Assembly: GCA_051362555.1 (NCBI GenBank)
Contig: CM120644.1
Span: forward strand, 23,830,534-23,894,533
Direction of reading: 5' to 3'
Origin: Lingula anatina
Taxonomy: Eukaryota; Animalia; Brachiopoda
DNA length: 64,000 bases
Translations under genes and position numbers: made by a program
Part shown: piece after piece, positions 54,121 through 64,000 of the stretch
Layout: each line of letters begins with the position of its first letter
Numbering within the stretch: the stretch's first letter is position 1
Notes under the pieces: model-generated
What the model was told of the DNA's origin: nothing
The model's database searches: none
The model's input: only the letters and a program-made list of their open reading frames with translations

Positions 54121-54765
54121 TTAAATGCTGGAAGTCAAAGACAGATTGATCATGAGACCTTCTTGGCATCACGAGAATAGTGACGTTGCTTGCGTTATAT
54201 ATCTACCAGTAGACTCATTTAAAATCTCTCACGCTCTTAAAAAAACCGCCTTGTTGTCAGAAATAACAATAAAAACTAGAATTATTACTCCCGTGAACTT
54301 GTAATAAACATCCGTTTGATTTTGACTATATTCCGAAACTGCCTCGTTGTCAGAAATATCACCAAAAAATAAATATCTTTCTCCTTTGCACTTGTGAAAA
54401 ATTAGTTTGACTATATTCCGGTTCGACGCTCCTTGTTTATCAGAAATGTCACTTCAAAGTAGAAGTTTTGCCTTGGGACCTTTTTTCTGCAGCAGGTCCA
54501 GCTAGGTGTGGCTCAGCTGAGACGCGCATGTTCAGTGTCGACGATTGATTAAATACTTTTCACGCCAGAACGTCCATGACAAGTATTTAGCAAAAATTGA
54601 CCAAATTGGTCAGACATTACGTAAGAATTTGGCGGGAGGTGACCAGCGCACGTGGACGTGTTTATTTCATATAACATCTCTAGAGCGTGATATAGGGTCA
54701 CTTTATTCGGTTTTAGGGGTGTTTTAGGATGAAATGACTGTATTTTTTCTCGGTATGTATGTCAC

Positions 54766-54862
54766 ATAATACACTGTCACCCTCTCGCGATATATACCAT
54801 GAACACCTCTCGCTAACGCTCGAGGTGTTATGGCATATATCGCTCGGGTGACAGTGTATTAT
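54766..54862. repeat. 97 bp imperfect palindrome (hairpin-type repeat)
   Basis: ATAATACACTGTCACCC..GCGATATATACCAT..ACACCTC / GAGGTGT..ATGGCATATATCGC..GGGTGACAGTGTATTAT. Confidence 0.85.
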
Positions 54863-54979
54863 CTCACACTTAAACATGAACATTCCCAGGAAAAAATGTG
54901 ATTTTTTTTTTTAATTAAAGGGGACTTTTAGATAAGACTACTAGTACCACTATTACTACTACTGCTGTTACTTTATTAT

Positions 54980-54980
54980 A

Positions 54981-55058
<78 letters not shown>
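54980..55058. repeat. Compound microsatellite (ACT)n(AAT)n
   Basis: Directly visible. Confidence 0.95.
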
Positions 55059-55061
<3 letters not shown>

Positions 55062-57249
55062 CGTACACCGCTGGTAATAACGCAAAGGGATGAGCTTTGG
55101 CCCACGTCAATCAAGAGATGTGTGGTTTTTATCGCATGCGCACAACTCCCGTCGGCTTCCACTGAGAGCTATAAAGGTACCGTCATCTTACATTAACTTC
55201 TATATACTTTACAGAAAGGTTGAGGCATATCAACTTCGGAGAGTCAAGTTCCTGTCAATAGCTCTTCTTGAGTGGACGAAAGCTGTAAGTAATGCATCTG
55301 ACTTGATAGTTACAGGGTAGGTGATGGGCTTCTCGAGTACCGTGTAGCTATTTAGTCCCCGGTCACTTTAATAGCACACGCACGTCGAACATGCGTGTGC
55401 CCCCGACAGTGTTAATGATAGGGGGATTACGATAGACAGCGCAAGTCGCTCACAGCGGGAGTCACTACCGCCGCTGTTAGGCCGGTAATTAAGTCTTTAA
55501 CTTGACTAAACATGTTTTGCTTTGTAACTTGCGTCCTTCAGTCTTGCTGTTGCGGAAGCGCCGGCGGGACATATCTCCACCTTGCCGATATTTATCCCGA
55601 CTCGCGACTTGAAAAGTATTATTGGTTTTGATTTTATCAAAGTCTTATTGTATCAGAAAACCTGCATATTTTCATACGTTAAGAGAATTATAGAAACTGT
55701 AGAAAAAGCTACTCGTACATCAGGGATAGAAAACAAGACCTTGCAGCACTATAATATATTATTCATCACCAGAAGTTCCTGTTTCACTTTTTTCTCCCAA
55801 ATTACAAAGTCTGATGACAATTGAAAGGTTTTAGCCATACCTCAGGGCAGTGAGAGATAGTCTGGATTTGATTAAAAGTAATAAAAATATATTTTGAAGA
55901 ATTTTCCTAGCCTTCGGCAATATCTGCAAAGCTTCGGCATGCCCGGCAATACAGATCTCTCGATATCGGTGTGAAAGTATAATAGAATTGGTGGAATAAC
56001 GGTTAACGTCGTTGCAAACGTTGTAACCTGCCCGACGGGAGTTCGTACCCCAAAGGTACTTTTGAAATTTTGAAATTGTCATTATTATTGATATCTTTTA
56101 ATATAAAAATAGTTTTGGCTAATTGTTTTTGCAACGAAAAGCAGAGTAGGGAGGTTTGTTGTAATTGTTAAAGTTATTATGACTGGGGACATAAATTAGT
56201 ATGCTAATCGCTTATCATGGTATAATGATTGATACGATGGGTATCAGATAGTTTTCATTTGATATAAACGACGAAAGAGCGGCCTTCCAAAGATCTTTGC
56301 TGAATGTTTATAACGTAGGTACTATTATGCGCATAAATATTGATACATGACGCAAACGACATTTACTAATTTCGGTAATATCAATTTTAATTAAAATTAA
56401 ATTTAAATTTAAATGAAATTAAAATTAAAATTTGTCTAAACGTGCATATTACCATATACCTTGTTAAAGGGTTCTCAACACTTTACATCCTAATACAGCT
56501 TGTCAATTTTCATGTTTGTTAGTTTATTTTGATTTGAGAAAATTGAGAGAAGACCGACCCTCTACTAGGACCGCAAATTATATATGAGTATTTTTCTTCA
56601 GTGCAAGAGACTGCGTAATGAAAAATCAATCTGCAACTCTGGTATAGGGTGGCCTTATGTGTGTAATATTATACAAGTAGGGGCAGGGGTACAATTTGAT
56701 AGTACAATAAGTCATTTATACATCTATTGATCTCATCGTCGGGTCATTGTTTACAATAGCGCTTTGTCGCTGTGCGTACCTTTTTGCATTTGAGTTAGAC
56801 TCAGTCAGTAACAGCTGGTGATTTTGTCTTTTTTTTTTTTTTGCGTTTCATTGACAATATTTTGGCCACCTAAGTAGGGAAATGTGGCTCTTTGTTTTGA
56901 AATGACATTTCCATTGTTCCTTTGAACACGCAAAAGTCTTCACCAGGAAGCAGATAACACTTACGTCAACATTCTTACTTTGTAATAACCACCCAGGGAA
57001 AAAACAAAAGCCTCATTAGGTGTCGTCCTTCACACTGTAAAAGGTGTTAATTTTATGCTTCTATTGTTTGCCCATGAATCATTATGACGAAATTGTAGGG
57101 TTGCCAGATCACTCGCGCTTCATTCAATTCTCTTTATCTGTCCTGCAGCCTGGGATGAGTGATACTTGACTGACCTTTGTTTACATCTGGAGATTTTCTT
57201 TATAATTTGATCAATGTGCATATTATAATATATTTTCCATCTGGAAAAA

Positions 57250-58320
57250 TACGTGATAATGTAACGATTCTTATTTTACGGATAGATAATTACAAAAATT
57301 AATTTCTGATATAATACCCCCTATTTCAGCGCCTATTCCTGGCTGCGTTAATTATGGGGGGGGGGTTGGAAAGTAATCCATTCGGACGCGGATGTGATGA
57401 TTGCTACTCTTACCAACGGTACTTCACCGATCAACTACACTCAGCCACCTGAAGCAGAATCACCAACAAAAGACAAATTGGACTACATCTGCCTTCTTGA
57501 TGAAACATCTTATGTAAAAAAGGCGATGACGGTCAAAACATACGTTCCTCGTGGTGTATTAAATGTTCATCGTATTTTTTCGTTCATTATTCTTATGAGT
57601 TAAGCAGCTTCACCTCCGTGACACCCTTTTTATTTATTTAAACCATTGTTAGATAAACCAAGGGTTTCACTCCAGATTTCACGATCGAGCAAGTGATCAT
57701 GAGGAGAGTGTAGCATGCTATAGTAAACTACCCCAAATATACCCAACACCTCCAGGGTTTCACGAGAGAGGAGAGGAAAGAGTGTAGCAGAGAACTTCAT
57801 TAATGGTCGTCATAATTGGTGGTTGCCTTGGGAAAATGAGTTACATGATTACATAATACAGATACGTGATAACATAAGATTAATACTAAACTTTTCCCTG
57901 ATACAAAATCCCCTATTTCAGCGCTTCTTCCTGACTGCGTTAATTACGGGGGATTAGAAAGTAATCTGTGAGGACGCAGGAGGGATGATTGCTACTCTTA
58001 CCAACGGTAAATCACCGATTTACTTGACTCCGCTGCTTGAGCAAAATCACCACGAAAAGACAAATTAGACTACGTTCGCCCTCTTATTAAAACAAAGAAT
58101 GTAAAAATTTGATGTCGGTCAAAGAAGAGGCCTGGGCTACGTGCTTCATGGTTTATTAGATAGGCCTATTCATCGGATTTTAGTTCATTATTATAGCTTC
58201 ACCTCGCGAAACCCCTTTTATATATATTTAAAACACAGCACCCCACGGGTTTCGCGATCATAAAGAAAGGGAGTGTAGCAAAGAACCTCATTAATGGTCG
58301 TAATAATTGGTGGTTGCATT
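57250..58320 (+). repeat. Diverged ~600 bp tandem duplication
   Basis: CCCTATTTCAGCGC, GATGATTGCTACTCTTACCAACGGTA, AAAAGACAAATT and CATTAATGGTCGT.ATAATTGGTGGTTGC each occur twice in the same order. Confidence 0.85.
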
Positions 58321-59683
58321 GTAGGCCTAACCTTGTTCATTTTAGTCGACAGACTAAGCTAGAAGAAAGAACAGATCATTATCGCCTCTCTTTACTTAGG
58401 AACAATAACTGGCTAGTGGCAGCATTTATAAGTTCTTTTATTTAGAAACTTCCGATCCTTTGTCTGGGACTGCCGTTCAACGCCGTTTAAATGACGTTCG
58501 AGAAACGGCGATATATATATTATAACGACAGAGACGTCCTCGAACATTTTTGGACTCAGTGAAAAAAAAATCCGTTAAGAAGTAGCCTTTTAATGTCCTG
58601 GCAAATAACTTTGCGATGGCTCAGAGAGTTCTAGAATGAATGACAAGAAACGACATTAGGGTTAATAATAGACTAAAACTATCAGAGTGTAGGCCTGTCT
58701 TACTGCAGTACTTCATTTCTAAGACCATCTTGTGATACGAGTCATGCTACACTACAATAGAGGGGGTAGCAGTGGATGATTTAATACAGGGATACCATCG
58801 AAAGTTTATCAATAGAAAATCGCGATTCCCAAATGTTTTTTTAATTCATTAAATATAAACGGTTTTTTATCGTGCAATGGATCTGGTATAGTTGTATTGG
58901 CCTATCAGTTGGAAACACGTGGTTCGTCTACAATTGCAAATGGCGGAGGTGCCGTGGAAGTTATTGTCGTAAAATTAGCTGGATACGTGCACGTAAGAAA
59001 ATTATTCATTTAATTTAGTTTTCAAGCGTCAGCTTAATCTGGTAAAATGCCGGACGAAAAAAATCATAGATAGAGCCTTATGGCCCACTGTAGAAGGATG
59101 CCAAAAAATACATCAACGACGAAGTTTATCGGCAGATAAATGTGTTTCTATTCTCGGCTGACTGAGGAAAGGTTTGAGAGAGCATTTAAAGAAGAGGCGG
59201 GCGAACCAATAGTGAGTAGGAAGTGTGCTGCAATCAAGACGAACAATACCGATCATAAGTGGACAGCTAATAACCCCTAATTAAGCCCGGGTTACGCACT
59301 GCTGTGTTGACTCCTTGCTGGGGAGCGGTAGCGGCCTCCTACTGCTGTTAGTAATCACGCATTGTCTTCTAACTTGCGGCTTAGTTGACTCCTTGCTGGG
59401 AAGGGGTAGCGGCCTCATACTGCTGTGCGTAGTCACACATTGTCTTCTAACATGCGGCTACACGTCGGTTGCATTGTATTATAAAGTAATACCTATTCAT
59501 AAGGAAGGGGGCGGATGGTAATGTGACGAGTATTAAATCAGTTATCGATTAAACGCGTACCAGTAGTCGTGTTTTTTAATAGCTACACGGTAGTTATATA
59601 TGTACTTGTGCTATTTCTTTCCGAGGGTTAACTTTACAAATAATATTAAACTCAATGCTATGTGCGAAGCAAGTCATATGTTA

Positions 59684-60354
59684 GGCCCCTACAGACCACG
59701 AATCCCACGAATCGCCAGGAATTGACAAATTTCAGGATTGGGGAGGATTCGTGAGATTTTGCCAATTTTCTGGTCTAATTCGACACACTCACCATTCAGT
59801 TACGATACAAGTACGATAGTGTTACGAATATTCGTGGAATCGTGAGGTTTTGCCAATTTTCTGGTCTAATTCGACACGCTCTACGATTCAGTTACGATAC
59901 AGATGCGATAGTGTTACGAATATTCGTGGGATTCGGTTGGAATCGCACGAATATTGTCCAGAAATTCACTACGATTTTTTGGAATCTGGAGTTCGTGGCC
60001 AAAACTTTGAACAGCTCAAAATTTTTGCCACTAATTCCCGATTGATCAAGAATTGCAATAACTGACTACGATTATATACGAATCTGCTAAGAACTTCACG
60101 AACTGATTACGATTCAACCACGAATCCTGAAATTTTCAATTCCTGGCGATTCGTGGGATTTGTGGTCTGTGTGAAATAGGGGCATCAAAGTTTTTTGCCA
60201 CCAATTCCTGTTGGTCAAGAAGTGCAAGAGCTGACTGCGAATAGATACGAATCTGTTAAGAACTTCACGAACTGATTGCGATTCAACCACGAATCGTGAA
60301 ATTTGTCAATTCATTACCATACGTGGGATTCGTGGTCTGTGTGAAATAAGTGCT
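59684..60354. mobile_element. Harbinger-like MITE with duplicated right end
   Basis: Left end GGCCCCT-ACAGACCACGAATCCCACGAATCGCCAGGAATTG matches inverted copies ending at ~60184 and ~60354. Internal ~90 bp tandem duplication and many ACGA(A/T)T motifs. Confidence 0.75.
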
Positions 60355-61382
60355 TAACATGGACAAAGCCTCCCGATTCTTGTTTTATTCAACAATTGTT
60401 GATATCTGGAATGTTTTTTAAAAATCTGAATGGTGTCTGGACATTAGGTTACATCCAAATAAACTCTGTGACTGTCAAATAAAGCCAAAACTTACCTAGC
60501 TATGTACATGTAGTATAGCAAGATTATGATGAACACACCCAATATTTTCTGTGTTTACAAGTTACTATCGACGTTGTTTTACTGAGTAGCCGATATTGAT
60601 GTTTTGTTATCATCAGTTTAACTCGAGCATTAACGGCTGTGTCATGACTTTGTTAATAATGTTAAAGCAAACAACATTACGAAATTATGTCTACAGGCAA
60701 TGGCAAATGAAATAATTAGTATTATTTTGTATAAAGATACCCGTATTCTGCTTAACATTTTTTTTTGTATTTGTATTTAAACCGTTTAAGATTATGCAGG
60801 CTTCTCTGAAGTAAATCATATAATTGTGTGTCTTTTTATGTACAGACACACAGGGTCGGATCCAGGATTATTCGGCCCATCCACCCCCCCCCCCTTCTTG
60901 GCGTGTGGTTCAGGGCCCGTTTAAGGGCCCAGATAAATGATATGTTAGAGGGCGAACGGTGTCTTTTTGTACAGTTTAGAACTATGATACAGCTAGTCAA
61001 AATTCTAATTTCAGGAGGGGACCAAGAGTGTGTGTTTATTTTCGACATCGAAGGGGGTTCATGGTTCCCCAAACACTGGCAAAATAGTGTTTAGCTCCAA
61101 AATACATGTCTTAGTGCCTGATCTCATTTTTACCGCGTCACTTGTTAAGCAAGTTTTACGCGCATTTAGCCCGAATGACGGGTTTAACGGCTTTATATTT
61201 GTTAAAACGGTACAAATTTCCAATAACACAAAGTTTCAACTCCACGGTATTTTGCTAGTGGGTGACCCTTTTCATTGATACACTGTCTTTTCTTTTATAA
61301 AAATGCATCTAGTTTCAACTAAGAAAATAATGCAAGAAAAGCAATGTGTAAGATGTGTTTGATGATGTGTTAACTAGTATTA

Positions 61383-61420
<38 letters not shown>

Positions 61421-61500
61421 GAGATTTTATCTACTTCTATAATTATGTGGCACTTTCTTTACTTTCTAGATTTGCACCGGGATTTTGCACTACTTTTACA

Positions 61501-61774
61501 ATGGCAAACCGTTTACAATCCCGTCTACCCCATTTCGGCGTGACACGTGCTTTGACCGTATTATTCCTTGCCCTGGCACTACCCATGCTTGTGGACGGTT
61601 TGTGTTCCCTTCGACCAGGTTCCAAGGAGGAACAGTGTTGCCTTGAAAAGAACAATGATTGTAGTTATGGTGATAGTCCTAACAGGTGTTACTGTGATAT
61701 TGGATGTTTCGTCAATGAAGATTGCTGTTCAGATTATGAGGAGTATTGCTTAGGGGACGCCGGCAGTCAGACAG
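61501..61774 (+). CDS. Secreted SMB + VWD protein, first coding exon (signal peptide and somatomedin-B domain)
   Basis: ATG at 61501, hydrophobic ALTVLFLALALPMLVDG, then C..CC..C..CYCD..C....DCCSDYEEYC. Acceptor TTCTAG at 61469 and phase-1 donor G|GTAAAT. Confidence 0.9.
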
Positions 61775-63163
61775 GTAAATAGGGGAATTTCTTTGATTAA
61801 TCTTATTTATTTATACATGAATCGCGTTCTTAAGACATATATAGTATGTAAAGTTGGCAATTCACTATTAAAGTATTATATGCTCACCTTCAGAAAACCA
61901 TAATACGAAATACAGCGTATAACATGGGGAAAAAACATTCCAATTATATATATATATGTGGAGAGATTTACAAAGGAAATTACAAAAAAAGCTCTAACTC
62001 AGTTGTGAAATACAACTTCTTGTTGTGTTTACAGTCTTATCATAAACACTAATTACATGTATGTAGGCTACAATGTGCATCTCTAATTATGTGTAACATA
62101 GCATTGCGTTATTAAGATTTACAAAGAATGCACTAGGAGTTATCAAGTGGGGTTATTACCTTATTTCATTTCTTAAACGGTTTTATAAATTGAAAAGGGA
62201 CTCAGATTATATTTGCTGTCACTATTAAATAATTTTCCATTTACTTGCTGGTGATCTTGTATCAACTTTAATGAGTGGTGTTTTACTAGAAAAAGGTCTC
62301 TTGGTCTGTTGTATACATTGGGCATTGAAGAATAAAGTGGTCCTCATTTTCAGTCACCCCTTGGGTACAGGCGATAGAATCTTTTACACCGTTCATTTTC
62401 CGGGTGGTGTACCGTCCACTTTCTGTTTGTAGATTATGATCACCAATACTTAGTTTAGTTAGGACTGATTAATTGTCGTTATTTGTACGACGTTGCATCA
62501 AGCAAGGGTGCTCCTTCACAAGCTTGGTTAAGCATTTACATCTTACTGTTGGATTTAAGTTTGCTATTGCTCACTTGGGTGTTGTGGCCTATTTGTCTCT
62601 GCAGTAAAATCTTGTTTACATTTTTAGAGGTGACTGACACAATAAACCACACAACCCCATGGTCAAATGTAAAGAGGAATGTTTGAATCCCCTTGGGGCA
62701 CGACATGGGGCGTGGACTGTAGTTAGAACACAGGGTGTCAGCTAGTGATCTCATATATCTATATGCCTGTTTCATGAATGCGTCGTCAGATATTTACATA
62801 ATCTTGTTCCAGATATTGACAGAAGCATACCGGATTGTAATAAAGAGGGGAAGGCGGCCTAACTCAGTGTACACATCATTGTTTGATGCGTTTCACTGGA
62901 GTCCAATGACTTGAACTCAAATGATATGGCTGACTGTATAACAAATGCAAAATGACTAAGCTGTTACACTAATATTTTACACGCTTTATTCCAGGTTGAT
63001 TTTTATAACCAAGCATATGAACAGTTTATTCAAGCAGAACATGTAAAACACATGTTTACCAATTTTAAATTTTACATGCTGTAGATAATAAGACATCATA
63101 ATTTACCAAACAAGGCCTATAATTCTTGTAGAGGTGTAATGAATACCATTTTACAATTTCCAG

Positions 63164-63402
63164 CGGGACAGTGTATAATCAGAGGGGACCCTCATTTTGT
63201 ACAATTCGATGGGAATCGCTTCCTTTCGAATGCACTCTGCAGATATTTACTGTCAGAAACCCTGGCAGGAGCAGCCGAGCATTTCAACATAACCGGAAAA
63301 TTTGTCTCCTATAAACCTGGGAGTAACAGGACCATGATCCAGCAAGTTTTGATGACAGTTCGCGGTGTGACCATTGAGATAAATACAGATGGAACAGTGA
63401 AG
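63164..63402 (+). CDS. SMB + VWD protein, exon encoding the start of the VWD domain
   Basis: Phase-1 acceptor TTTCCAG. GQCIIRGDPHFVQFDG..F....CRYLL is the VWD signature. Phase-0 donor AAG|GTGTGT. Confidence 0.92.
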
Positions 63403-63720
63403 GTGTGTTTGAATGGGTTTAATTAACTGTTGTTACTAAAACCACCTGGATAACACACGCAAACCCTAGCAAAGTACTAATCAATGTAGAAGACGAAATA
63501 ATACGTATACGCCAAATGCCCTTTGGTCAGTGTAAATCAGAGTTCATCAAACCATTTTTCAAGTATCAATAGAACTAATACACAAAATATGCAACGGCTA
63601 CATATTGGACCATAAATCGGCCATAAAATGATAAAAATATAGGTTGCCATAAATATCAATGAATCTTTTATTATGTCCTGGATAGTTAACGGGCCATTAC
63701 TTGGTGCCTTTCCACTCCAG

Positions 63721-63907
63721 GTTAACGGTGCAATAATTGTTGCAACAACGACCCCACAAGACGTAGGCAGTGGCGTGATGTTGTCTCAGGACCCAGAGGG
63801 CTTTCCAAGGACTGTTGTGGAGGTGTCTGGTGTTGTGAAAGTTGAACTCACCACCCCTGTTGGCGACACAAGACGTAAAGGACATCGAGCCATCATAACC
63901 GTTCCAG
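63721..63907 (+). CDS. SMB + VWD protein, VWD continuation exon; the gene continues beyond the window
   Basis: Phase-0 acceptor CTCCAG joins TVK|VNG, typical of VWD, and the exon ends AIITVP. Phase-1 donor G|GTAAAA. Confidence 0.85.
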
Positions 63908-64000
63908 GTAAAATGGCAAACATGCAGGCGCTCATATAATATCATTAACAGGGACAAAGAGGGGGTGAGGGTGGGAAAAGATAATATGTAAAAAGTGACT

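Noticed and set aside
54968-55162. Poly-Leu/Val membrane-like ORF
   Set aside because: Translation of the (ACT)n(AAT)n microsatellite.

Overview
AT-rich eukaryotic DNA, most likely from an invertebrate animal (a lophotrochozoan or mollusc is plausible, but this is inferred only from the repeat types). About 3.5-52 kb is one head-to-tail segmental duplication: copy A ~3514-24278 and copy B ~24294-52055. Each copy carries a 5'-truncated Ty3/Gypsy pol (RNase H-integrase), a tRNA-containing mini-LTR resembling the Helenus TRIMs, a piggyBac-type MITE and a scrambled ~2 kb macrosatellite with inversions. Five DNA transposon insertions are private to one copy, so the other copy shows the empty site: an AcademH-like element with a RecQ helicase remnant, a full-length Tc1, a 3.8 kb TTAA element and two Harbinger elements. 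The only host gene I can support is at the right end: three phase-compatible + strand exons encoding signal peptide, somatomedin-B and VWD domains, running off the window. No rRNA gene, CRISPR array or intact transposase ORF is seen. Boundaries with TSDs were read base by base; array and duplication limits are approximate.
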